Source of the DNA: an uncultured Prevotella sp.
GTDB lineage: Bacteria > Bacteroidota > Bacteroidia > Bacteroidales > Bacteroidaceae
Assembly: GCA_905193385.1 (NCBI GenBank)
Contig: CAJJOL010000009.1
Span: forward strand, 18,465 to 82,464
Length of the DNA: 64,000 nt
Direction: 5' to 3'
Numbering within the stretch: position 1 is the stretch's first letter; each line of letters starts with the position of its first letter. The notes under the pieces were generated by a model, which saw nothing but the letters and a program-made list of their open reading frames with translations, did not search any database and was not told where the DNA came from. Positions 46,717-56,736 of this stretch are shown piece after piece. The translations under genes and the position numbers were made by a program.

Positions 46717-49700
46717 GAGCATTACGCAAGATAATATTTGTGAACAGCGCACACATAAGATACGCAGAGGTGCGACTGGACGGAAATGTGCACTTCATCG
46801 GCACTCAAGGCGTGGGCAAGAGCACCCTGCTACGCGCCATTCTGTTTTTCTATAATGCCGACAAACTGCACCTTGGCATTCCCAAGGAGATGAAATCATA
46901 CGACGAATTTTATCTGCCACATGCCAATTCATACATCGTGTATGAGGTGGAGCATGAACACGGACCGTTCTGTGTGCTTACGTTCCGTTCGTCAGGCCGT
47001 GCCTGTTACCGATTCATAGACGCTGCATACCGTAAGGAATGGCTCATAGACAACAATGGAGACGTTACGGCAGACAGCAAGGTGATACGCGAGCGTCTGG
47101 GAGGAGCGTCGATGAGCAAGATAATTGACCGCTACGAACAATACCGCGACATTCTCTATGGCAACAGACAAGCCGTGGGCAAGGAGTTTGCACGTTTCCA
47201 ACTGATGGAGTCGAACCGTTATCAGAACATCCCGCGAAGCATACAGAACGTTTTTCTCAACTCACGACTGGATGCCAATTTCATCAAGGACATCATCATC
47301 CGCTCTATGAGTGATGAGGAAGCCAACATCGATCTCGGATATTACCGTCGTCAGGTGGCAGACTTCGAACAGGAATATAAGGACATCTCATGTTGGTATA
47401 AGCTGAATCAGAAAGGCGAATCCATAGTACGCACACAAGCGGAAAACGTGGTGAAGACTTACCGCGAACTGCTATTCATGAAGCGGCAGATAACCGAACT
47501 GTGCGGCGAACTGAAATATGCTGTACGCACATCAAGAGAACGTCTGCCTTTGGTGGAGAAGAAGATAGACGAGCTTATGGAGGAACAAAACCGACTGAAA
47601 AGGCTGATAAGCGAAATACAGCAGAAATTCGATATGGAGAAGTCGAGCCTCAACCAAGAGCAGGGCGTGGTGAACGACCGCCTCAAACGTCTGAAGAAAC
47701 GTAAGGAATATTATTCTGCCCAGAAGATAGAGGAGATACTGAATAGATACGAGCAGGAACAGATTCTGCGCGTAAAACTCGATGGAGACAATGCCCGACT
47801 GGCGGAACTCACGGCGCACTTTAATGACATAACAGCTAAATATAAGGCTCTTTATCAAGGGGCGAAGAACGTTTTGGAGAATTATCGTCAGTCGCAGACC
47901 AACCGCATCATCTCTCTCGGAATGGAAAAGCAAGCAGCAGACGAACGTATGCTCGCCGAACATACCAAGCAACGAGAGGATATAGAGGTGGCTTTCGCCG
48001 ATAAAATCACTCTCGCCACCAACTATATCGAACAACTTAAAGGCGAAAAGACGGAGCTGGAGAAAGAGATGCTGAAACTGAAATACTGGCAACCTTACAA
48101 GGAAGAGACTGACGCTCTCAGCAAAGAAACCAATGAACTGGCTTTACGTGAGAAAGAACTGAACGGACTGATTTCAGCCACGGAGGCTAAAATCAATCAG
48201 CTGCAGACCGAATACGAAAAGAACGAGGCTGAAATAATGGCGGACAGTAAAGCCAAGTTGGATGCAAAGCAGCACGAAATGGATGAAGTTGAGGGGAAGT
48301 TGACCGAGATAGACAGCTTGCTGGAAAGAACCAAGGGATCGCTCTATGAATGGCTGGAGGCGAACAAGCGCGATTGGGAACAGAACATAGGCAAGGTAAT
48401 AAACGAAGAAAGCGTGCTCTATCAGACCGGATTGCATCCGCAGAAGGACGAGGGAACATCGCTGTTCGGCGTGAAACTGGACCTTATGGACCTGCCACTT
48501 GCTGTGCGCAAACCTGCCCAACTGAAAGCGGAACGAGCAGAACTGGATGCGGCGCTTCGCTCGTTGAAGGCTGAATATGTTGGCTTGACGGAACTACAGG
48601 AGAAACTGCAGGACGAACTGAAACGACGCTTTGCTCCCAAGATGAGAGAATTGCGCGAACAGAAATCATACCATGAGACCGAATTGCGCGTCATTCCACA
48701 GAAACGCAAGACCATACAGCTGAAGATGGAAGACTATGCGGCTAAGGCTCAACATGAAAAGGAGGAAAGGAACAATCTGTTGAATACACGCCTGCAGGAT
48801 GTGCAGATACGCCGAACTGCTGCCGATATGGAACTTGCAAAGATACTGAACGATAAACAGAAACAGCTGACTTCTGAAGACAAGCGACACCAGAAAGCTA
48901 AGGAGGAAATAATCAAGCAGTACGAACAACGAGTGGCTGAAATACGTTCGGACATCATACTGCAAGAGCAGAAAACTGACAAGAAGCTGCAACTGCTGCA
49001 ACAGCAAGAGCATGAAGAACTGCACGGACGTGGAGCTGACACACGTATGGTGGAGGAATGCAAGGCTTCGATAAAGACGACAGAAACCGAACTTAAATAC
49101 ATAGACGACCACAGACGTATAGTGTTCGACTATCAGCGTGACTGCGAAGAACTGTTCGACCATGAGGAAGAATTCAAAACAAGGAAGAAACTCATCACCG
49201 ATCAGTTCCAGCAACTGAACGAGAAATACGATCTCCGCAAGCAGAAGCATAACGAAACGCTGAACTTACTGAGCAAAGAACTGAATGAACGCAGGGAGGA
49301 GAAGACCCGTATTGACAACGACCTGCATAAGGCTGAACGCTTCATACATGACAAAAACCTGTGTCCGCCAATGCTGGCAGAGGCACAAGAACGTCAGACA
49401 CTGCGCACGCCAGGACTGGCAGTGGACGAACTGACGGGCATAATTGTGTCACGCCAAAAAAGCCAAGACAAGCTGAAAAGCGCAGTGAACGTGTTCAAGG
49501 GCAATTTTACCGCTAAGAATACTTTCAACTTCCGTATGGAGCTGGCTCTTGATGAAGACTATCTCGACTTCGCCAATAATCTGGAAGACTTCCTTGTCTA
49601 CAACAAGATAGAAGAATTCCGACGCCGCACCAGCGAACGATATGTAGACATATTGGGACGTGTGTCCAAGGAGATGGGCGATCTGACGCGGCACGAATCG

Positions 49701-50360
49701 GATGTAGATAAGGTCATTCATGATATCAATAACGATTTCCGCGAACGCAATTTTGCCGGCGTCATAAAACTCATTGCCCTTCAACCCGTTCCTTCAGCAG
49801 ACAAGATGGTGCTGCTGATGAAGCGTATAAAGGATTTTCACGACGACAACCAATACACCATGGGTGAGCTAAACCTATTCTCCTCAGCCAATCGCGACGA
49901 CGTGAACCAGAAGGCTGTAGGACACCTGCTCGATCTGATGAAGTCGCTTGTTGACAATCCGCAACGACGATACCTTGCACTCTCTGACCTATTCCTGCTG
50001 CAGTTCCGCATCGTGGAGAACGACAACGACACGGGATGGGTGGACAAGCTGTCGCATGTGGGAAGCGAGGGAACGGACACATTGGTTAAGGCAATGATAA
50101 ACATCATGCTGATAAATGTATTCAAAGGAAAGGTAAGCCGTAAGTTCGGCGACTTCCGCATACATTGCATGATGGACGAAATCGGCAAGCTGCACCCGCA
50201 GAACGTGAAAGGCATACTCGACTTTGCCAATGCCCGAAACATACTGCTCATCAACTCTTCGCCCACCACATACAACGTTTCGGACTATCGCTACACCTAT
50301 CTGCTTAGCAAGGACAGCAAGTCGCAGACCGTGGTTCATCCTTTAATATCACAACAATAA
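46713..50360 (+). CDS. jetC: Wadjet JetC-like SMC-family ATPase (MksB/MukB-like)
   Basis: N-terminal Walker A GTQGVGKST, ~900 aa of coiled-coil, C-terminal signature-like LSHVGSEGTD followed ~35 aa later by Walker B HCMMDEIG. ATGA overlap with jetB. Confidence 0.7.
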   Translation: MRALRKIIFVNSAHIRYAEVRLDGNVHFIGTQGVGKSTLLRAILFFYNADKLHLGIPKEMKSYDEFYLPHANSYIVYEVEHEHGPFCVLTFRSSGRACYRFIDAAYRKEWLIDNNGDVTADSKVIRERLGGASMSKIIDRYEQYRDILYGNRQAVGKEFARFQLMESNRYQNIPRSIQNVFLNSRLDANFIKDIIIRSMSDEEANIDLGYYRRQVADFEQEYKDISCWYKLNQKGESIVRTQAENVVKTYRELLFMKRQITELCGELKYAVRTSRERLPLVEKKIDELMEEQNRLKRLISEIQQKFDMEKSSLNQEQGVVNDRLKRLKKRKEYYSAQKIEEILNRYEQEQILRVKLDGDNARLAELTAHFNDITAKYKALYQGAKNVLENYRQSQTNRIISLGMEKQAADERMLAEHTKQREDIEVAFADKITLATNYIEQLKGEKTELEKEMLKLKYWQPYKEETDALSKETNELALREKELNGLISATEAKINQLQTEYEKNEAEIMADSKAKLDAKQHEMDEVEGKLTEIDSLLERTKGSLYEWLEANKRDWEQNIGKVINEESVLYQTGLHPQKDEGTSLFGVKLDLMDLPLAVRKPAQLKAERAELDAALRSLKAEYVGLTELQEKLQDELKRRFAPKMRELREQKSYHETELRVIPQKRKTIQLKMEDYAAKAQHEKEERNNLLNTRLQDVQIRRTAADMELAKILNDKQKQLTSEDKRHQKAKEEIIKQYEQRVAEIRSDIILQEQKTDKKLQLLQQQEHEELHGRGADTRMVEECKASIKTTETELKYIDDHRRIVFDYQRDCEELFDHEEEFKTRKKLITDQFQQLNEKYDLRKQKHNETLNLLSKELNERREEKTRIDNDLHKAERFIHDKNLCPPMLAEAQERQTLRTPGLAVDELTGIIVSRQKSQDKLKSAVNVFKGNFTAKNTFNFRMELALDEDYLDFANNLEDFLVYNKIEEFRRRTSERYVDILGRVSKEMGDLTRHESDVDKVIHDINNDFRERNFAGVIKLIALQPVPSADKMVLLMKRIKDFHDDNQYTMGELNLFSSANRDDVNQKAVGHLLDLMKSLVDNPQRRYLALSDLFLLQFRIVENDNDTGWVDKLSHVGSEGTDTLVKAMINIMLINVFKGKVSRKFGDFRIHCMMDEIGKLHPQNVKGILDFANARNILLINSSPTTYNVSDYRYTYLLSKDSKSQTVVHPLISQQ

Positions 50361-50392
50361 AACACATCAGAAACAGCTGACTATATTCGTAT

Positions 50393-51274
50393 ATGAAGAT
50401 TACGTCATCTCTTATAGACAAGCTTATCAGACTTCGCTCAGGTGAGTCACTTCCGTCCAGTGCCCTACGTGGTGAATGGGTGGAAGAACTCCTAAGCGAC
50501 GGTGTGCTTATCAGCCGTTCACACGGAAGCAGAAGCTGCATAATTGCGGCTTCTCCAGATACATTGGAAAAAAGTCTGATGCATATCAACGAACGGTTAG
50601 GCCATCTCGACAAAATGAAAGAGACTCTTGACGCGGAAACAACAAGGTCAGAACAGGCGGCAGAAACGGGTAATTCCAAACTTGTGACAGCACGCTCATG
50701 CCCAGGTTTTCCAGTCAATTCATACGAACCAATCATATGCTGTCTGAACGGTAAGGAGCTGGTGGTCAATCCACAGGAAGGCACATTCCTATTCATTGCC
50801 GATTGGCAATCATTTGCCATACCTGCCGATGTGACCGTCGTAAACATCGAGAACATGGAGAACTTCCGCCTTATACGTCGTCAGCAATCCTTGTTTGCCT
50901 CTGCATTGGCAGGCAAACAACTGCTGTTCGTGTCGCGCTATCCGCAGTCGTCCGACCTACGGACATGGTTGCAGACCATCCCTAACCAGTACGTCCACTT
51001 CGGCGATTTCGACCTCGCCGGCATCCATATCTTCCTTACAGAATTTCAAAAACACCTCGGCACACGTGCCTCTTTCCTCATTCCGCAAGACATAGAACAG
51101 CGCATAAAGCATGGTTCGGCAGAGAGATACAACGACCAATATCCAAAATTCTGCCACCTCACCTCCAATATCCCGCCACTACAGCAACTGATAGATATGC
51201 TCCACAAATATCACCGCTGCTACGACCAGGAAGGATATATAGAGAATAGTCTGACAGAACATCACATCACTTAA
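50393..51274 (+). CDS. jetD: Wadjet JetD-like Toprim nuclease (MksG/topo VI-A-like), short form
   Basis: Toprim catalytic residues VVNIENMENF (Glu) and YVHFGDFDLAGIHIF (DxD), as in Spo11/topoVI-A and JetD. Only 293 aa, shorter than typical JetD. Confidence 0.6.
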   Translation: MKITSSLIDKLIRLRSGESLPSSALRGEWVEELLSDGVLISRSHGSRSCIIAASPDTLEKSLMHINERLGHLDKMKETLDAETTRSEQAAETGNSKLVTARSCPGFPVNSYEPIICCLNGKELVVNPQEGTFLFIADWQSFAIPADVTVVNIENMENFRLIRRQQSLFASALAGKQLLFVSRYPQSSDLRTWLQTIPNQYVHFGDFDLAGIHIFLTEFQKHLGTRASFLIPQDIEQRIKHGSAERYNDQYPKFCHLTSNIPPLQQLIDMLHKYHRCYDQEGYIENSLTEHHIT

Positions 51275-51327
51275 ACATAAAAAAGCGTACAACCAAAATC
51301 ATTAAGATTTAAGTTGTACGCCTTTTG
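51271..51327. repeat. ~58-bp hairpin direct repeat, copy B (TTAAACATAAAAAAGCGTACAACC...GTTGTACGCCTTTTGT)
   Basis: Overlaps the jetD stop codon. ~6 mismatches relative to copy A at 40230. Confidence 0.8.
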
Positions 51328-51699
51328 TTATTAATTCGGATTAAGATTTACAAATTGGTCAAACTTACTTCACTTCCTCGAAATGCAAACCGTTATTAAA
51401 CAAGCCATTTGCGTGAGCGTGCTGCAAATATGGAAATAAGCAACGATAAGCAAACACGCACTCAACTGCTGCAAAGGTAGTGCAAATGAAGAGAAAAACA
51501 AAAATAAATCACATTTATTTTTATTTCCGAGGTGCAGCCTACCTTATTAAAAGGTAGTGCTTTACCACAAAAACACATGATAAAACGCCCCAAAAACTAC
51601 AAATAAAATACCTCAAAAATTATAAATGGATTACAACAAAAAATTAAAATAAAACACATCAAAAACTTAAAATACGTTTGGTAATCAAATTAAAATGAG

Positions 51700-51707
51700 T
51701 ACCTTTG
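51700..51707 (+). promoter_or_regulatory. -7 box TACCTTTG
   Basis: TAnnTTTG ~22 nt upstream of the ATG at 51729, in a very AT-rich 380-bp spacer. Confidence 0.45.
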
Positions 51708-51728
51708 CAGCATAAAACAAAATCGAAT

Positions 51729-53018
51729 ATGGCATATCTAAATAGAGTCTTTGACTTGCGACTTAAAGCGCATCTTAAAGCAATGGGAGCAGTGCTCATT
51801 GAAGGACCAAAATGGTGTGGCAAAACCACCACTGCCAAGCAATTGGCCAATAGTGTTATTAGTTTACAAGATACTGACCATCGTGAAGAATATTTGGCTA
51901 CAGCCATTACCAAGCCCTCATTCTTATTAGAAGGGGAAGTGCCTCGCTTGATAGATGAATGGCAAGATGCCCCAATGCTATGGGATGCAGTGCGCACAAA
52001 GGTTGATGAGCGTGGCTTGCCTGGTCAATTCATATTGACAGGGTCTAACGCTATTGACGACAGTAAAATCCATCATAGTGGAACAGGGCGTATTTCCCGG
52101 ATGGAGATGCTGCCCATGAGCCTGTGGGAATATGGTGAATCTAACGGCAGCGTATCATTGATGGAGATGTTCGACAATCCTCAAGAAGAAATCTTCGCTA
52201 CCTCGGAACTAAAAATGGAAGAAATCATATTTGCTGCATGCAGAGGAGGTTGGCCAGCAACATTGAATTTAGGTGACGACAAGTCAAAATTACTTGTTGC
52301 CAAAGAGTATGTAAAGTCTGTATATAAGAATGACATATCACGCATAGATGGAGTAAAGAGAAATCAGAAGTTGGCGCACCTGATAATGAAATCATACGCA
52401 CGCAACATCTCAACATTGGCGAAAACCACATCCATATTGGCAGACGTTACTGCTTCTGATGATGTAGAATGTACCAGGCCTACGCTTGAAAGCTACATCG
52501 AGGCATTGGAAAAACTGTTTGTCATTCAGGACATAGAGGCTTGGTGCCCTTCCATAAGGAGCAAGACAACAATCCAAAGCAGACCCAAACGAGCGTTCTG
52601 TGATCCATCGGTTGCAGTCGCATTACTCAACCTGTCACCAGAATCCTTAATGACTCAGTTAAAGACATTTGGCTTTATTTTTGAGCAAATGTGCGCACGA
52701 GATCTTAGGGTGTATTCAGCCTCTCACGATAGCCGCCTGTCATACTATCGCGACCGCTACGGACTGGAAGCCGACTTGGTGCTTCATCTTGACGATGGAC
52801 GCTATGCTCTGATAGAGTGCAAACTTGGCAGCCGTGAAATAGAAGAAGGAGCCAAACATCTTTTGGAAATTAAACGACTTATTCAAGTGCATAATGAAAC
52901 AGAAAAGCAGGTGACGTTGCGCGAACCCGACTTGATGATTGTCATGACAGGTGGCAGCATGGCTTACACACGCCCAGACGGAGTCAAAGTCATACCGCTT
53001 GCTTGTTTGAAAGATTAA
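51729..53018 (+). CDS. AAA+ family ATPase with DUF4143 C-terminal domain (COG1373-like)
   Basis: N-terminal MAYLNRVFDLRLKAHLKAMGAVLIEGPKWCGKTTTA (Walker A). ~430 aa. Characteristic of the Bacteroides AAA_14/DUF4143 ATPase family. Confidence 0.75.
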   Translation: MAYLNRVFDLRLKAHLKAMGAVLIEGPKWCGKTTTAKQLANSVISLQDTDHREEYLATAITKPSFLLEGEVPRLIDEWQDAPMLWDAVRTKVDERGLPGQFILTGSNAIDDSKIHHSGTGRISRMEMLPMSLWEYGESNGSVSLMEMFDNPQEEIFATSELKMEEIIFAACRGGWPATLNLGDDKSKLLVAKEYVKSVYKNDISRIDGVKRNQKLAHLIMKSYARNISTLAKTTSILADVTASDDVECTRPTLESYIEALEKLFVIQDIEAWCPSIRSKTTIQSRPKRAFCDPSVAVALLNLSPESLMTQLKTFGFIFEQMCARDLRVYSASHDSRLSYYRDRYGLEADLVLHLDDGRYALIECKLGSREIEEGAKHLLEIKRLIQVHNETEKQVTLREPDLMIVMTGGSMAYTRPDGVKVIPLACLKD

Positions 53019-53033
53019 AAAACAGAATAGAAT

Positions 53034-53717
53034 ATGGGAACAGTATTACTGGCACTCTGCTTCTGTGCGTTGTCGCTCGTCCTTGCCTTGTTTGTGGGCA
53101 TATCGCCCATAAGCGACAAGGCGAAAGTAAGGTTTATGTATGTCTGTGCTGCGCTGTCGTTGATGGCAGTGCCAATGATGAGCCATTATATTGCAGGGCT
53201 GAACGATATTGTGGACGAGCTGCGTTATCAAGCTGTGCTTGTGTTCATCGTCGTTGTGTGTTGCTATTGCTTCGTCATGGCAAATATGGTGAAGTACAAT
53301 GTCATGAAGAAAAAGGTGGCGGTGCTTGAGGACACGGTAGAGAAGCTGGAGCAAGAACGTGCGGCAGCAATGTCGCAAGCCGTGGATGAAGATCAGCAGC
53401 ACAAAGTACAAGAAGCACTCGACTGGTTTGCAGCAAAGATGAGCGTGTTCAGCAAAGAAGAGCAAGAGGCCATCAACGCTTGTGCCATTGCCTTTGCCGA
53501 GCGCGACCTGGTAGTAATACCCAAAGTCAGCATAGCCGTTAATGCCAAATGCAGCCAAGCCGACCTCATGGCGTATGCCAGTTCCACATTCTTCAAGATT
53601 GGCAAGAAGCGTAAGGATATTGCACGGTTCCTCAGCATTGTATTCGAAGCTTACTTCCCTGGTGGCGAGGGATTTGTGTATAAGAAGATGCCAGGAGCGA
53701 AAGAATGCCAGAAATAG
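53034..53717 (+). CDS. Hypothetical protein: 3 N-terminal TM helices plus cytoplasmic coiled-coil region
   Basis: Hydrophobic N-terminus (LLALCFCALSLVLALFVGI, VCAALSLMAVPMM, VLVFIVVVCCYCFVMA) then VAVLEDTVEKLEQERAAAMSQ coiled-coil. No family recognised. Confidence 0.5.
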   Translation: MGTVLLALCFCALSLVLALFVGISPISDKAKVRFMYVCAALSLMAVPMMSHYIAGLNDIVDELRYQAVLVFIVVVCCYCFVMANMVKYNVMKKKVAVLEDTVEKLEQERAAAMSQAVDEDQQHKVQEALDWFAAKMSVFSKEEQEAINACAIAFAERDLVVIPKVSIAVNAKCSQADLMAYASSTFFKIGKKRKDIARFLSIVFEAYFPGGEGFVYKKMPGAKECQK

Positions 53718-54150
53718 GTAGTTTAGGCATATTGGCTACGCCTTATTACGGCAAATTTAGCTCCAAGAAGAAAAACATAGTAAAACATTCGTTATTCTGA
53801 TTGTTTTGCGTTAACTTTGCACAGGATATCCACTTGCTGGAAGCCCAAAGGGCAAGCGGGTGGGTTTTGACTTTATGGAAATGGGCGTTTACTTAGCGCC
53901 TGTCTTTGACATGTCGTAACTTCGCAACTTACAGTAATCGTCAAAGGACGGTGGCAACCAGTAAATGCTCACGGTAAGGTATATTATACCCTGCCGTGAT
54001 TTGTCGTATATGTACTTATTGTATGTATACGGCTGCTCACGTATGGGATTAATATATACCATGCGTGGGCTTTCAGCGTTGTCCGTCTCGACGATTAGGG
54101 CAATGCGAAGGCCTCGACATGTGGGATGGGCAAAGGCGAATCCCACGCTT

Positions 54151-54158
54151 TATTTTTG
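54151..54158 (+). promoter_or_regulatory. -7 box TATTTTTG upstream of the BREX-like operon
   Basis: TAnnTTTG ~77 nt upstream of the brxP-like ATG, after a 500-bp non-coding spacer. Confidence 0.35.
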
Positions 54159-54234
54159 TAGAGGTACAGCAATTTTTTATAATTATCGTCGGAGATTGGG
54201 GTTCTATCCGCACCTAATAAGAGGTAGAGCCGAA

Positions 54235-56736
54235 ATGTACAAAATAACATGGGACAAAGAAACGGGAGGAGTACTGCTCCACTCTCGCATTGTGGAAGGT
54301 ACGTTGGGTATCTCCCCCCGTCCTGTGTTCTTTGAGGAGCTGGACTTGTTGGGGCTTGATAAACTTGGATGGACTTATCCTCATGTGGAAGAGCCGATTA
54401 TGTGGGCTGTCAACAAGCAGTATTGGTATAGGGGAGTGAGGCTCTTTGATGCCAAGGGCGCCAATATATACACCAAACCTACACTGGAGATACAACCTGG
54501 TATAGAACCAATGGAGTTGGTGCCTGTTGACGTGAAGAAGATGCTTCAGCGTACATCTGATTTGATGTTCGTATTGGAGAATGAAGCCATAGAATTTATC
54601 CGTGACACTTATTTGGCGTATGCCAAAGCAAATAAAACCTACAACAAGGCTGATGCCAACAAACTGGACTTCGAGACGATGGCAGAGCGCGTGGAAAAGA
54701 AGAGCAAGCAACACATGGCTGTGGTTAAACAGGATTGTGACTCGTTCGATATCATGCCTCTTGCTACGGCAGAAAAAGAAGGCAAGCGTGTGCTGCTATC
54801 TACCAAAATAGACCGCTTTATAGCAAGTTTCTCTGGTGGTAAGGATTCGCAAGTGGTACTCGACTTGTGTACACGTGCCATTCCTCCTACAGACTTTGAG
54901 GTCATTTATAGCGACACCGGCTATGAACTGCCTCCTTCTCTCGCTCTTTACAAAGACGTGGAGGCGTACTATAAAAAGAAGTTTCCTTCACTCCGTTTCC
55001 TTACAGCCAGCAACCACGAGTCGGTACTGAGCTATTGGGACAAGATTGGCACACCAAGTGACAATCACCGTTGGTGCTGCTCGGTGATGAAGACGGCACC
55101 GTTGTACCGAATGTTGAAAGTTGAAGGCAACAAGCAAGCACGTGTTCTGACATTCGACGGAGTGAGAGCGGAGGAGTCTGTAAGGAGAAGTGGATATAAT
55201 CGAATTGGAAAAGGTGTTAAACATTCGACTGTTATCAATGCAAGTCCAATATTATCTTGGTCTTCTGTTGAAGTATTTTTGTATTTGTTCCGCTATGGCT
55301 TCCCAATTAATATTGCATACAGACGTGGTATAACAAGAGTTGGATGTATTATTTGTCCTTTTTCCTCTGAATGGAATGACATGGTGGTTAATCAAACTTT
55401 TCATGAAAAACTTGAGCCCTTTTTGTCACGAATTGAAGACAATGTAAAACGTAACAAGGTACAGGATTTTAGAAATTATATTGAAGATGGAAACTGGAAA
55501 CGACGAGCCGGCGGTCGTGACATTCATTCTTCCTCAGCTATTGACTTTCTGTCTTCAAAGCCAGACTTGAATGTCATGTTGATCAAACCACAGAAGCATC
55601 CTTTAACATGGATTAGCGCTATTGCTCCATTTACAGGTTCTGAAAAACAAGGAGAACTCAAATACAGGAATGAAGTATACTCATACAAGTGTGAAAATAA
55701 TGGTGATGTTTATAGTCTGTCTTTCAAAAATACAGCAAAAAGTTTAGCGTTGCAAGGATTGATAAAAAGGGCTTTGAATAAGGCCACATTTTGCATAAAT
55801 TGTGAAGCTTGTGAAGTAGAATGTCCGACAGGTGCATTATCTATTTTACCAAAAGCCGAAATAGACACTAATAAATGTATCCATTGTGGGAAATGCCTAA
55901 ATTTCCATGAAACTGGATGTATTGTAGCTCATTCATTAAAAATAACAGAAACACCAAAGAGTAAAATGAAACTGATTAGTTATAATAATTTTGGATTACG
56001 TGAAGAATGGTTAGACTACTATATGTCTAATCATGACGATTATTTTCAGACAACAAATCATGGACTAAATGTCAAGGAGCAGTTGCCAAGTTTTGTAAAA
56101 TGGCTTGTTCAGGCAGAAATTCTTTCTGATACAAAGAAAAGAGAAATTACCCCATTTGGAAAGTTGCTTATCGAAATATATGAGAACAATCCAAGTTTAG
56201 TATGGCAAATTATTTGGATAAACTTGACGTACAATTCTCCTATAGCACATTGGTATTCGCAGAATGTTTCTTTCGGAAGCAATTTCACTGATGCTGATTT
56301 GAGAGAAGGGGTAAAGAATGATTATTCCAGTGACAGCACAACAACGATAAAGAATGTTGTGTATGCTCTCACTCGTACATTTAAGGAGAGTCCTATAGGT
56401 GAGGAACTTGGTCAAATGACTAAAGTTGATAAGAACACATATACTCGATCTGGATTTTCAGATATTGAGGTGGAAGCAGTCGCATATTCATTATACAAAT
56501 ATGCACAGATAAAGGAAAGCAACTTGATGAGAGTTTCCGACTTTTACAAAGCTGATGAAAAGGACGGAATATATAAGGAATTTGGTATTTCAAAAAGTGA
56601 TTTGGAAAAGAAATTGCGTTTTCTTTCTTCTGATAGTCACAGAGTATTGGTGGCAGAACTAAATATGGGTTTGGATCATATTACACTAAGAGATGATTTA
56701 ACTCCTGAAAAAGCTTTAGAGACATTAGCGAAATGA
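54235..56736 (+). CDS. brxP: BrxP-like protein: PAPS-reductase/PP-loop ATP-pyrophosphatase domain plus 4Fe-4S ferredoxin-type Cys cluster
   Basis: PP-loop FSGGKDSQVVLDLC and DTGYELPPSL of the PAPS_reduct family (as in DndC/SspD/BrxP). CINCEACEVECPTG...CIHCGKCLNFHETGC dicluster motif. 834 aa. First gene of a brxP-brxC-pglZ-brxL-order operon. Confidence 0.6.
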   Translation: MYKITWDKETGGVLLHSRIVEGTLGISPRPVFFEELDLLGLDKLGWTYPHVEEPIMWAVNKQYWYRGVRLFDAKGANIYTKPTLEIQPGIEPMELVPVDVKKMLQRTSDLMFVLENEAIEFIRDTYLAYAKANKTYNKADANKLDFETMAERVEKKSKQHMAVVKQDCDSFDIMPLATAEKEGKRVLLSTKIDRFIASFSGGKDSQVVLDLCTRAIPPTDFEVIYSDTGYELPPSLALYKDVEAYYKKKFPSLRFLTASNHESVLSYWDKIGTPSDNHRWCCSVMKTAPLYRMLKVEGNKQARVLTFDGVRAEESVRRSGYNRIGKGVKHSTVINASPILSWSSVEVFLYLFRYGFPINIAYRRGITRVGCIICPFSSEWNDMVVNQTFHEKLEPFLSRIEDNVKRNKVQDFRNYIEDGNWKRRAGGRDIHSSSAIDFLSSKPDLNVMLIKPQKHPLTWISAIAPFTGSEKQGELKYRNEVYSYKCENNGDVYSLSFKNTAKSLALQGLIKRALNKATFCINCEACEVECPTGALSILPKAEIDTNKCIHCGKCLNFHETGCIVAHSLKITETPKSKMKLISYNNFGLREEWLDYYMSNHDDYFQTTNHGLNVKEQLPSFVKWLVQAEILSDTKKREITPFGKLLIEIYENNPSLVWQIIWINLTYNSPIAHWYSQNVSFGSNFTDADLREGVKNDYSSDSTTTIKNVVYALTRTFKESPIGEELGQMTKVDKNTYTRSGFSDIEVEAVAYSLYKYAQIKESNLMRVSDFYKADEKDGIYKEFGISKSDLEKKLRFLSSDSHRVLVAELNMGLDHITLRDDLTPEKALETLAK

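Noticed and set aside
47532-49250. Minus-strand ORFs (186 aa, 194 aa, 115 aa) inside the jetC-like gene
   Set aside because: Produced by the Leu/Glu/Lys-rich coiled-coil coding sequence read in reverse. No independent support.
53889-54146. 85-aa minus-strand ORF in the spacer upstream of the brxP-like gene
   Set aside because: Short and lacks promoter or RBS context. Lies in a non-coding AT-rich leader region, so likely spurious.
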